A stretch of 54,892 nucleotides of DNA from Fibrobacterota bacterium (GTDB lineage Bacteria; Fibrobacterota; Fibrobacteria; UBA11236). Below, piece after piece: positions 17,979 to 26,723 of this stretch; positions within the stretch are counted from its first letter, which is position 1; each line of letters starts with the position of its first letter. The DNA lies in contig JAYUVP010000117.1 in assembly GCA_043753995.1 (NCBI GenBank), positions 1 through 54,892 on the forward strand, written 5' to 3'. The notes beneath the pieces are model-generated. The model did not search any database, was not told where the DNA came from, and worked only from the letters and a program-made list of their open reading frames with translations. The position numbers and the translations under genes are program-made.

Positions 17979-19523
17979 TTAGACCAAAGAACTAATGGGC
18001 AGTAGCCCCCAAAGCCAAGTTTTGACGCGCACCCAAAGCGATACCGTGGCGTCGCCGGTTTCCCTGGAGGCTTGCCAGCTATTGTCGGCGTGCATGTCGC
18101 GCTCAATGGCGGCTTCCACTTCCTGGGCAAGGCCCTCATGCTCAATGAGTATGCCGGATTCGGTATTCAAATTCATGCTACGCGGATCAAAATTAAAGGT
18201 TCCAATAAAGACGAGGCGATGATCCAAGACGGCCGTCTTCGCATGCAAAACAAAGATCGGAGGCTTGCCTTTGAAATGGGCGAGCCGGTCGATGAGCTTG
18301 GTCTCGTCAGCGGGATGGGGCTTGTATTCAAAAGCCTCGATGCCTGCCGCCAGGATGGCGTCCCGCCTCCGTAAGTAACCGCTCAGGGCTTGGACATTAT
18401 CATTATTCGCCAAGGAATTCGTGCTGATGCGGACGGGTACCCCTTGCGCGACCTTTTTGCGCAAGAGCCCCAGGGCGGTGTCATTGGGAATGAGATAGGG
18501 CGTTTGCAAGGTAATGCTCACCTTGGCCGAATCGATAAGGTTGCCCAAAAATCGAGTCGTTACGCCCCCGCCGCCCAGGCCCAGCCAGCCCGAGGCTCCC
18601 GAGTTTTTCCCTGGGGCATCCGTGATAAAGCGCGTGGGAGCCCATACCCAATGTTTAAACACCTCGGGAAAGCTGCCGTGGAGATTGAGCATGGCCCCGC
18701 GAATCGCGGGCTCGAAATTCAAGGTGTCGAGGGCATAGGCGCGAATCTCCTGCTCGACGGAATCACGCTTTGCCGGGGAAAGAGGAGCGACCAATTGCCC
18801 ATAGCGCTGGCTCAACGGGGAATTCCAATAGTCCTCGAAAGCGGCCTGCATGGGTTGTATCACTTGCCCCATGACCAAGACATCGCGGTCGCGAAAATTA
18901 AATTCGTGATGAAAGTCATAGTATTCATCCGCTAAATTGCGGCCTCCCGTCACGGCCACGAATTGGTCGGCGATCACGACCTTATTGTGCATGCGCTGGT
19001 TGACGCCTCGGAATCGCGTCAAAATATTCCACCACCTCCGCCAGGCCGACACCCCGGTTTTAGCCAAGGGATTGTAAACCTTGATTTCAATCCCGGGATG
19101 GGTATCCAAGGTATTGAGCCTATCGCTGGAGCCTTCTAGCAAAAAATCGTCGACCAAGACGCGCACCTTCACGCCGCGATCAGCAGCCCGTAAAAAGGCA
19201 TCCATGGCCAAACGACCCACATTATCAGGATTCCAAATGAAGTATTGCACGTCGATGCTGCGCTGGGCATGCTCCACCAACCAACCGCGTGTCAACAAGG
19301 AAAGCTCGCCGCGCTCCAAGGTCATGGCGGCACTTTGCCCGGGATGGGCCGCGCAAAGCGACTCGGCCTGGGCGATATAGGCTTGCGGTGCCGATGGCAT
19401 ATCGACTGAGGCGGAATCGGCGACAAGGGTGGTTGTGACGCCGCCAAAGGCATGCGTCAACGCCAGCGCAAATAGAAAACTCGATGCCGAAGCCATCACC
19501 GGCCGAATTGAATTGGGGGGCAT
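17979..19523 (-). CDS. phospholipase D family protein, ClsC/YmdC-like
   Basis: Two HKD motifs (RMHNKVVIAD, LHAKTAVLD); GGRN, FNFDPRS..LNTE. Confidence 0.93.
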   Translation of the reverse strand: MPPNSIRPVMASASSFLFALALTHAFGGVTTTLVADSASVDMPSAPQAYIAQAESLCAAHPGQSAAMTLERGELSLLTRGWLVEHAQRSIDVQYFIWNPDNVGRLAMDAFLRAADRGVKVRVLVDDFLLEGSSDRLNTLDTHPGIEIKVYNPLAKTGVSAWRRWWNILTRFRGVNQRMHNKVVIADQFVAVTGGRNLADEYYDFHHEFNFRDRDVLVMGQVIQPMQAAFEDYWNSPLSQRYGQLVAPLSPAKRDSVEQEIRAYALDTLNFEPAIRGAMLNLHGSFPEVFKHWVWAPTRFITDAPGKNSGASGWLGLGGGGVTTRFLGNLIDSAKVSITLQTPYLIPNDTALGLLRKKVAQGVPVRISTNSLANNDNVQALSGYLRRRDAILAAGIEAFEYKPHPADETKLIDRLAHFKGKPPIFVLHAKTAVLDHRLVFIGTFNFDPRSMNLNTESGILIEHEGLAQEVEAAIERDMHADNSWQASRETGDATVSLWVRVKTWLWGLLPISSLV

Positions 19524-19609
19524 TCGAGAATCTTAAGATTTAAGGGTCGAATCGGCTCCTCCTTCAAGCCTGATTCTTCCAAATTCCCTGAGGAAATATC
19601 GAGACATAA

Positions 19610-20035
19610 ATGGCCATCGCCAAAGACAAACTCACCGAAGCCCAAAAGCAAGAAGTCGAGCGCCTGCGCCAATTCGCCACGCGCAATCGTTATGAACTCA
19701 AAATGAATAGCACGCGCTGGCGCGCCGCGCTGGATGCCATCCTGGCCCTGCCAGGGTATTCGCTGAGTTACCAGTGCCGATGCCTCACCGACCCCAAGGA
19801 CGCCACTTCAGATTGGAAAACCGATTTCCCCCAGGGCCTGCCGCTTTACAATGCCATCGAATGGCTCGAAGTGCAATGGAGCCAACCTTCAGGATCGGGG
19901 AAGGATATCCGACTCGCCTTCCAACGGGATTTCCCTGCTCAACTCCGCGATCTCGAAGCTGTGTTGCGGACCGCCGGCGTGCCCTTTCAAACCCAGGAGC
20001 GCGGCGTTCGCATTCTGGGGTATGTAAAGAATTAG
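19610..20035 (+). CDS. hypothetical protein, DUF6678-like
   Basis: MN.T.W..., Y.AIEWLEV and terminal RILGY pattern; GAGG upstream. Confidence 0.65.
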   Translation: MAIAKDKLTEAQKQEVERLRQFATRNRYELKMNSTRWRAALDAILALPGYSLSYQCRCLTDPKDATSDWKTDFPQGLPLYNAIEWLEVQWSQPSGSGKDIRLAFQRDFPAQLRDLEAVLRTAGVPFQTQERGVRILGYVKN

Positions 20036-20088
20036 CGACATCGTTCATCCCTATTCGCCCGCATAAGATTTTACTTATGCTCTAGAAT

Positions 20089-20598
20089 ATGAATCGCAAA
20101 GGCTACCGCTTCCAGCTCATACGGGATGCTTTCCGATATTCAATAAGTGTCAAAGGAATCGCCCTGGCGCTTGCCCTCCAAGCGAGTTGCGGTTCTGGGC
20201 ATTCCATGAAAGAATCGGCCTATTTCTTGAGTCCGGGAGCAACCTTTTCTAGCCACGGCTTGGGCTTGGAAATATCCGCAGGGCTTGTCAAAAACAAAGA
20301 TTACAATCTGTACATGGCGGGTCTTCTCTTCCAATATGAAGCAGAAAGTGAAATCAAGAATTTTGGATTTGAAATCGGTTATTACATCGTCCAATTGGAG
20401 TTCGGCGCTTCCTTTGCCGGAGAAAAGCAGGGCCTTTTCCTCACTCCCAATTTATGCCTAACCATGCCGCTGATGTTTCTAGGTGAGCATAATTGGGTCG
20501 CCATCAACCTTTTCGTCCGGACCTATCACGGAATTGAAGCGGAAGAAGCCTTCGGTATGTCTTTAAAATTCCCCCTTCTTATTGACCCATCAGAATAA
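20089..20598 (+). CDS. hypothetical exported or outer-membrane protein, AT-richer than neighbours
   Basis: 169-aa ORF; possible lipobox ASCG; alternating beta-strand pattern. Confidence 0.55.
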   Translation: MNRKGYRFQLIRDAFRYSISVKGIALALALQASCGSGHSMKESAYFLSPGATFSSHGLGLEISAGLVKNKDYNLYMAGLLFQYEAESEIKNFGFEIGYYIVQLEFGASFAGEKQGLFLTPNLCLTMPLMFLGEHNWVAINLFVRTYHGIEAEEAFGMSLKFPLLIDPSE

Positions 20599-20640
20599 AG
20601 CCCCAGCTCCCGCCTGGAGATTCGCTCGTGAGAGGGTCAC

Positions 20641-20667
20641 GGGGGCGTTACGGGGGCCAGGCCCCCG
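20641..20667 (+). repeat. 27-nt G/C hairpin repeat, copy 1
   Basis: GGGGGCGTTACGGGGGCCAGGCCCCCG; 26/27 identical to 37747-37773. Confidence 0.85.
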
Positions 20668-20751
20668 ATAGGAGGGGTCGCCGCGGCCGACCACACCCAG
20701 GAAGATTACAGGCCAAGGCGAGGGGAGGGGCACCAGGTCGAGTTCCCTTCA

Positions 20752-21127
20752 CCAACCCCAGGGCAACTCAGCGCGATCCAAAAACATCAAGGCTGTGCGA
20801 AGGACGCGCGCACCCAGTGCAATGCAACGGAGAACCGGCGGAATCAAAGCGGGATGAACGACAACCGCCGCAAGCGCAGCGAGCAAGGGTCGGAGCCCCG
20901 CGTCACAGTAACCCCATCACCCGGTTCGAGATTCTAGCGACCTCGCCAACCCCAGGGCAACTCGGCGCGACCAAGCCCTTTCAGGGCAAGGCGAGGGACG
21001 CGCACACCCAGCGCAAGGCGACGGAGAACTGGCGGTGCAAGTGTGCGGAGGGCCGACTTCCGCAGTGAGCGCAGCGAGCGAGGACCAGGAGGCTCGCCGC
21101 ACACTTGCACATCAGCCAGTTCGAGAT
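20752..21127 (+). repeat. two tandem ~190-bp structured repeats
   Basis: Units start CCAACCCCAGGGCAACTC at 20752 and 20946 and end CCRGTTCGAGAT; unit 2 forms a long hairpin at 21026-21122. Confidence 0.85.
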
Positions 21128-21161
21128 CTCCTTCACGCAGGGGATCCCCGCGCCCCTCCCC

Positions 21162-22025
21162 TTACCCAGAAAGGGCCTCCCCAAACGCGTCTATTTCCCC
21201 CTTCTGCTCCAAAAGCCACTCTCCGAAAATCACCAATTGCTCGACGGGCAAATGCACGTCTTGCAAATAGGCTTCGCTGGTGGGCGGGGGTAATTCTTTG
21301 GCGTGCATGCCGAAGCGAAAGCCGCTGGCCGTGAGGTCGGCGAGATGAATGATAATGGTACGGTGATAAAATTCACGTGAGTTTTCGGGCTGATGGTGAT
21401 GCGCGATGGCATGCACCAAGTCCGAAGGGAAATTCCAGCGCTCGGCGATGTGACGGCCCAGTGTGGCGTGATCAAAACCAAAAACTCGGCGCTCCGCTTC
21501 GTCGAGCGGCAAGGATTCGGCATTCAATTGCGCGTCGACCGCACCATATTCTCCCGAGAGAAGCATGACGAGGACGCCCACATCGTGCAAAAGCCCCATG
21601 GTGAAAAACTCTTCTTGTTCATGGGGGCCATAGTTTTTGAGAAAGCGGGAGATATGGCGCGAGAGTAAGGCTACCGCGATGGAGTGGCGCCAAAACCCGG
21701 ACCACAAGGGGGAGCGTGTGGGCGTGAGCGCGGCCGCGAGGGTGAGGCGGGCGATATTCTGATTGCCGACGCGAACCACCGCGGCCTTGAGTGAGCTGAT
21801 AGTCCGTGGGGCTCCGAAAAAGGCCGAGTTGGCGGTTTTGATCACCTTGGAACTGATACCAGGCTCACGTTCAAGTACTTGCACCAGGACTTGGGCGGAG
21901 CAACCGGGATCGCGTAAGACGCCCATGGTCTTTTCGACAAGCACGGGATTGCGGAAATGCTGTCCGCCGTATTTTTCGAAAAAAGCTTGGGGATTTCCGT
22001 GCAGCGAAGGGTCCATAATAGGCAC
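21162..22025 (-). CDS. HDOD domain protein
   Basis: ANSAFFG..R.ISSL..AV..VG, FWRHS, GLLHDVG, E..FGFDH..LG..W.FP..AI.HHH. Confidence 0.92.
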   Translation of the reverse strand: MPIMDPSLHGNPQAFFEKYGGQHFRNPVLVEKTMGVLRDPGCSAQVLVQVLEREPGISSKVIKTANSAFFGAPRTISSLKAAVVRVGNQNIARLTLAAALTPTRSPLWSGFWRHSIAVALLSRHISRFLKNYGPHEQEEFFTMGLLHDVGVLVMLLSGEYGAVDAQLNAESLPLDEAERRVFGFDHATLGRHIAERWNFPSDLVHAIAHHHQPENSREFYHRTIIIHLADLTASGFRFGMHAKELPPPTSEAYLQDVHLPVEQLVIFGEWLLEQKGEIDAFGEALSG

Positions 22026-22038
22026 GGGCCGGACCCGC

Positions 22039-22917
22039 TTAATTCGCCTCGATGAGACTGAAAAAGGCCTCTGCTTCTTTCAGCAAGCCTTCCAATTCCT
22101 TGAGCAGCGCGACTTCTTCGATGCTGAGAGCCAGGCGCGCATAGCATTCTTGCACGAGCGGCGCGAACACCTCTCCCTCCATGCAACCGCTGCCGGCTTG
22201 ATGCGCAAGATGATTGGCGACATGCACCAAGGCCGTCATCTCCGGCGTTTCAAGATCACTGAGGGGCGTGTGATGATTCACGATGGGAAATTTCAATTCA
22301 TTGGGCATTTGCCATTTGTCGATGAGCATGCCGCTGACATCGGCATGATTGAGTCCGAGTATGGCCTTTTCGACCGCGAAAAGCGGTATCGCTTTCTCCT
22401 TCGAAAGCTTGAGGGCTTGCATGTATTCCTGATTCGCGAATTGTTCGAGAATGAGCTTGCCCACGTCATGCATCAGGCCGCCCGCAAAAGCGATTTCGAG
22501 ATCCACGAGTTTGCGGCGCCGCAAATGGGTGGCGAGCATGCGCGCGGCCATGCCGACGACGAAGCTGTGCTTCCAAAAAGCCTTGCGATCAAAGCTCGCC
22601 GCACCCGGCTTGGCGGGAAAGATTTTGATCACGGAAGCCGAAAGCACCAAGCTGCGAATGGTATTGAAGCCCAAAATGACAATGGCCGAATTGACCGAGG
22701 AAATGGTGCGGGGAATGCCGTAAAAGGCCGAGTTGGCGAGCCGCAAAACCTTGGAAGTGAGAGCCACGTCCTTGGAAATGAATCGAGCCACGTCCTCGGC
22801 ATTGGATTTCGGATCATTCACGATTTGCATGACCTTGCCCGCGATGGTGGGCATGGTAGGGATTTGGCCCAAATCCTGAATGATTTTCTGATAGCGTTTC
22901 TTGACCTCTTCATTCAT
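22039..22917 (-). CDS. HDOD domain protein
   Basis: IPTMP, D.ALT.KVLRLANSAFYG, FWKHS, GLMHDVGKL, W.MP; start trimmed to ATG 22917 (22947 also possible). Confidence 0.93.
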   Translation of the reverse strand: MNEEVKKRYQKIIQDLGQIPTMPTIAGKVMQIVNDPKSNAEDVARFISKDVALTSKVLRLANSAFYGIPRTISSVNSAIVILGFNTIRSLVLSASVIKIFPAKPGAASFDRKAFWKHSFVVGMAARMLATHLRRRKLVDLEIAFAGGLMHDVGKLILEQFANQEYMQALKLSKEKAIPLFAVEKAILGLNHADVSGMLIDKWQMPNELKFPIVNHHTPLSDLETPEMTALVHVANHLAHQAGSGCMEGEVFAPLVQECYARLALSIEEVALLKELEGLLKEAEAFFSLIEAN

Positions 22918-23120
22918 GGCGGCGTCTTTTTGAGTGGAGGCGATCATGGCGATAAAGGTCCGTGCGGGTGCGCCCCCGCGACATCGGGGGGTGGCTAAGC
23001 GGATTGTATCACGAGGCAACCGGCAGGGGAAGGCTTTTTGAGGCGGTGGACAAGGTCTTGATTTTGTACGCCTATTGTGCAAACATAATCTTGAATGGAC
23101 GCAGACGCGAAAGGTGTCAA

Positions 23121-23411
23121 ATGGCTACCACGGTTAAATCCACTGGACGTCAGGCCCGCCTGGGTTTGCGCGCCACTAGCGCCCAGGAAGCCATTTTGCG
23201 TAAAGCCGCCGCAGTTTCTCACAAATCACTTACTGATTTCGTGCTAGATGCTGCCTGCCAGGCAGCCGAGCAGACCTTGCTCGATCAGCGTCTCTTCCTG
23301 GTTTCTGCAGGTCAATTCCAGGCCCTATCGGATTTGCTCGAACGCCCTGAAGGCGGCAATCACGGACTCTCCCAATTATTCTCTAAACGAGCACCATGGA
23401 CTAAGCGGTGA
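23121..23411 (+). CDS. DUF1778 RHH antitoxin (TacA/AtaR family)
   Basis: RL.LR..Q..I..AA..SLTDFVL.AA..A...L..PW; ATG 23121 with AAAGG SD; overlaps toxin start. Confidence 0.9.
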   Translation: MATTVKSTGRQARLGLRATSAQEAILRKAAAVSHKSLTDFVLDAACQAAEQTLLDQRLFLVSAGQFQALSDLLERPEGGNHGLSQLFSKRAPWTKR

Positions 23412-23902
23412 AGTTTCAAGCTCCGACGGGGCTGAATGAAAGCCATTCCCTAGACTCATTCGATTGCGGAAAATCCAATCTGAATGAGTGGCTCTTACGT
23501 CATGCGCGACAAGCTCAAGGCCGTGGCTCAGCTAAGACTTTCGTGGTAGGTCAGGGTCATCAGGTCGCAGGATACTTCAGCCTTACCGTGGGCCAAGTCG
23601 ATACTCTCGAAACACCCGAACGTATACGAAAAGGCATGGGAAACGATCCGATTCCCGTGGTGATGATGGCCCGATTAGCGGTGGGATTGGTATTTCAAGG
23701 CCAGGGAATAGGCGGTGGCATGCTACAGGATGCGATTCGACGGACTTTGGCGATAGCAGAACAAGCGGGGATAAGGGCCCTACTCACGCATCCGATCGAT
23801 GAGGAGGCAGAGCGATTCTATCAGCATTTCGGTTTTGAGGCCTCCCCCTTGAGGGAGAGGCAATGGCTGCTTTTATTAAAAGACGCGAGACGTTTAGTCT
23901 GA
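23408..23902 (+). CDS. GNAT acetyltransferase toxin (TacT/AtaT family)
   Basis: FDCG..LN.WL..A, IPVV.MARLAV..QGQGIG, A..FY..FGF. Confidence 0.92.
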   Translation: MKFQAPTGLNESHSLDSFDCGKSNLNEWLLRHARQAQGRGSAKTFVVGQGHQVAGYFSLTVGQVDTLETPERIRKGMGNDPIPVVMMARLAVGLVFQGQGIGGGMLQDAIRRTLAIAEQAGIRALLTHPIDEEAERFYQHFGFEASPLRERQWLLLLKDARRLV

Positions 23903-23936
23903 CTCGTCGACGCTAAAGAGCTCTAAGCCCTAAGGC

Positions 23937-24578
23937 TCACATTTTGTTTTCGATCAAGTCGACCAGGCCATAGGTCTTGGCTTCTCCGGCCGTCATGAAA
24001 TTGTCGCGGTCGGTGTCGTGCTCGATTTCGGCTTCGGTCTTTCCGGTATGCTCCGCCAAAATGACATTGAGCATGGTGCGAATTCGGAGCATTTCCTCGG
24101 CCTGAATCTGAATGTCCGAGGCGGGGCCATACATGTGGCCCTGAATCAGAGGCTGGTGAATCATGACGCGCGAGCTTTTCCATGCATAGCGCTTGCCTCT
24201 AGCGCCGCCAGCCAATAGCAAGGAGCCCATGCTGGCTGCTTGGCCACAAACCACGGTGGCCACGTCGGATTTGACCGCCTGCATGGCATCATAAATGGCC
24301 ATGCCCGAGCTAATCACGCCACCCGGCGAATTGATATAAAAGGTGATGTCGTCGTGATTCACGCTGTCGAGATACATCAGCATTTTCACCAGCTTTTCGG
24401 CCTGGGTATCATCGACGGCCTGAAACAGGAAAAGCTTACGCTGCTTGATAAAGGATTCGGAGATTTCCTTGGCGAGAAAGCTCTCCTTTTCCTTGTCGTC
24501 CTTCTTTTCCTCCTCTTTGTCATCGAGGCGAAAGGGCGAAGCGGTAAGCAGGGACTTGCGATGGAGGATGCTCGACAT
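23937..24578 (-). CDS. clpP: ATP-dependent Clp protease proteolytic subunit
   Basis: YINSPGG, AASMG (Ser), MIHQP (His), RDNFM (Asp), YGLVD. Confidence 0.95.
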   Translation of the reverse strand: MSSILHRKSLLTASPFRLDDKEEEKKDDKEKESFLAKEISESFIKQRKLFLFQAVDDTQAEKLVKMLMYLDSVNHDDITFYINSPGGVISSGMAIYDAMQAVKSDVATVVCGQAASMGSLLLAGGARGKRYAWKSSRVMIHQPLIQGHMYGPASDIQIQAEEMLRIRTMLNVILAEHTGKTEAEIEHDTDRDNFMTAGEAKTYGLVDLIENKM

Positions 24579-24703
24579 AGGTAACCTGTAGGCTGCGCGC
24601 GGACCCGCGCGGTTGCGAGTCACAAGATACTACACCTACCCCCGGGCTATTCAAGGGGCTTGTGGGAAACCGGGGCTAAATACGAGACCTTGCTTCGAGG
24701 CCT

Positions 24704-25855
24704 TCAAGGCAAGACGATGCGCTGAACCTGACTTTTTCCATTCGAAAAGGTTCGCAGAAAAAAGAGCCCGTTGAGGCCAGCTGTGGGGATTTCTAGGTGG
24801 CCTGGGCCCTGAAACCAGCCGCTGAGGGCGGGTTTTCCATCCGAGAAATACAACGAAATTTGTTGCTTATGTGGGGTGGTGAATTCGAGATTCAGCCTCT
24901 CCTGGCCTTTCGTCATGCGATGACCAGGGAGTTGGGCCTGATTGTTTGGAGTCAAGAGCTTGGTTGAGGTTTGGCATTCCTTAGGACGTGTCACAATGAC
25001 ATCGTAAGGCAGACTTTTATAAAGACTATCGGAGCAATAGAGGAATTCACCGGCCGCATATCGCAAGAGATTGTAGTTGAGGGCCTTTAAATACCCGTCC
25101 ATTTGAGAATAGACATTGAGGACGCCGCGACTACCGCCTAAAGAATTGTATACGAATCGGCCCAAGCCAATTCTTTGGGTCCAAACCAGAGGATGGTCGT
25201 CACCCATGGGCGCTGGCACGGGGGTGGAATAGGATTTCTCGTCAACGGTGACAAGAACGGTGACGCCTGGTTGGCCCCGAGGTGAAGCCTTGAAGCTGAT
25301 ATAAACGTCTTGAAACTGGGTTGGAGCGGTTAGACCGTGGAATATTCCTCGGGTTTCAGAATTCAAATCCATTCCCTCGCTATCGTGGCTCAAGTTCGCA
25401 GAGGGTTGATTTTGAGTCCAGGGGCTATAAAACGTTTGCACAAAAGCAGATTGTATAAAAGGCCAATTGCTTATAAATGCGGAAGCCGTATGGACGGCGA
25501 GCACCCCGCCACCGTTTCGTATCCAAGTTTCAAAAGTGAGTCTTGTAGAGTCCGGGAAAAAACGATCAAGACCATCATTATTGGCCAAAACTACGACTTG
25601 TATTTTTTGGAGGCTATCACGCGAGTAATACAGGTCATCCTTGCGATTTGCATTGCTCAAGACCACCAGCTCAAAGCCATTTTGGGCGGCGAGATCTTGT
25701 AATGCGACTCTTAAGTCTCGACGCTCCTCATGGTCTCCACCCGTAGTATTTCTTTCATCAAGGAGGACACGCTGAAGCTTCCCAGGCTGAAACGAGGCCC
25801 AACCCCAAAAAGCGGACATAAAAACCAGTGCTAAAAACTTTGAAATACAGGACAT
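24704..25855 (-). CDS. secreted ThuA-like (class I glutamine amidotransferase-like) domain protein with T9SS-like C-terminal tail
   Basis: Signal peptide; GGG.LAVH.A, VDEKSY..MGDDHPLVW..GR.VYNSLG; tail Y..DGK...L.GLFFLR......QRIV. Confidence 0.75.
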   Translation of the reverse strand: MSCISKFLALVFMSAFWGWASFQPGKLQRVLLDERNTTGGDHEERRDLRVALQDLAAQNGFELVVLSNANRKDDLYYSRDSLQKIQVVVLANNDGLDRFFPDSTRLTFETWIRNGGGVLAVHTASAFISNWPFIQSAFVQTFYSPWTQNQPSANLSHDSEGMDLNSETRGIFHGLTAPTQFQDVYISFKASPRGQPGVTVLVTVDEKSYSTPVPAPMGDDHPLVWTQRIGLGRFVYNSLGGSRGVLNVYSQMDGYLKALNYNLLRYAAGEFLYCSDSLYKSLPYDVIVTRPKECQTSTKLLTPNNQAQLPGHRMTKGQERLNLEFTTPHKQQISLYFSDGKPALSGWFQGPGHLEIPTAGLNGLFFLRTFSNGKSQVQRIVLP

Positions 25856-25881
25856 CAAGCATCCTCCCTAGCTCGGTCGAT

Positions 25882-26421
25882 TCACACCGTGATTTGCGTC
25901 ATCTCCGACACTTCCGCCCGGTCGCCTATGCTGACATTGAGGGTACCGTCTTGAACCAGAATATCCCAGGAGTTTTTCCGCTCCAATTGATTGGCCAGTT
26001 TTTCCAGAAAGGGAGCATTCAAAGCAAAAATCTCGATTTGCTCGGCGTGAAAGACCTTGTTCTCACGGATTTCCTTGACCAAGGCCTGCGGATCCTTATA
26101 CGTATAAACCTTGACCTGCCGCGCCGCCTTGGTCGCCTTGTGCAGCTTACGCGCGCTGGGATTGCCGATTTCTATCCACAGCAAAATGTCCCCGCCCGGC
26201 GTCTTGGCGCAAAGCGCCGGCGCATCGGGATCGCCGAGCCCTTCGCCCGAAAACTCCAAGTATTCCCGCTCGTTCAGCACAAAGGCCAAAAGGCGCGTCA
26301 TCAAATAAGGCCTGCTTTCCGAAGGATGCATGGCCAAGCGCAAATCCAGCGTCTTGTAAATGCCGCGATCGATGTCGGAGAAATTGATCTGAAAGCGATA
26401 AAGCGTAGTGGATTGGGTCAA
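25882..26421 (-). CDS. yaeQ: YaeQ family protein
   Basis: D.DRG.Y..L.A.HPSE...RLLA, F..GL...D.PAL, LWIEIG.P..KL.KA. Confidence 0.92.
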   Translation of the reverse strand: MTQSTTLYRFQINFSDIDRGIYKTLDLRLAMHPSESRPYLMTRLLAFVLNEREYLEFSGEGLGDPDAPALCAKTPGGDILLWIEIGNPSARKLHKATKAARQVKVYTYKDPQALVKEIRENKVFHAEQIEIFALNAPFLEKLANQLERKNSWDILVQDGTLNVSIGDRAEVSEMTQITV

Positions 26422-26705
26422 TGGAGCTTCACCTTGGCGTCGCCGAAGCGCAAACGCGAGGCTTGTATGGCCTTGGCCTTTTCCACTTCGCGATCGCGCG
26501 CGGGCAGGGCCGTCACCAGAGACCGAATCAACTTTTGCGCGGCGGCATGCACTTCCACCACGGCCAAGTCGAAAGCTGCTTCATTCACCTTGGATGGCTT
26601 TTGAAACCCGCTCAGCTTACGCACGAATTGCAAAGCGGAGGCCTGAATTTCCGCCTCCGTCGCAGGCGGCGCAAAATTGAAAAGCGTCTTGATATTCCGG
26701 CACAT
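26418..26705 (-). CDS. DUF2277 family protein
   Basis: MCRNIKTLFNFAPPATE.EI.ASALQFVRKLSGF.KPS..NE.AF signature. Confidence 0.92.
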   Translation of the reverse strand: MCRNIKTLFNFAPPATEAEIQASALQFVRKLSGFQKPSKVNEAAFDLAVVEVHAAAQKLIRSLVTALPARDREVEKAKAIQASRLRFGDAKVKLH

Positions 26706-26723
26706 GTGGAAAACCTCTCGCTC

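Noticed and set aside
20628..21068. 146-aa Arg/Pro-rich ORF
   Set aside because: Translation of the palindromic repeat region; composition is not protein-like
20641..21127. CRISPR array interpretation of the repeats
   Set aside because: Only two long degenerate units, no short identical repeats with unique spacers, and no cas genes
21763..22998. 411-aa plus-strand ORF
   Set aside because: Antisense shadow of the two HDOD genes; no motif of its own
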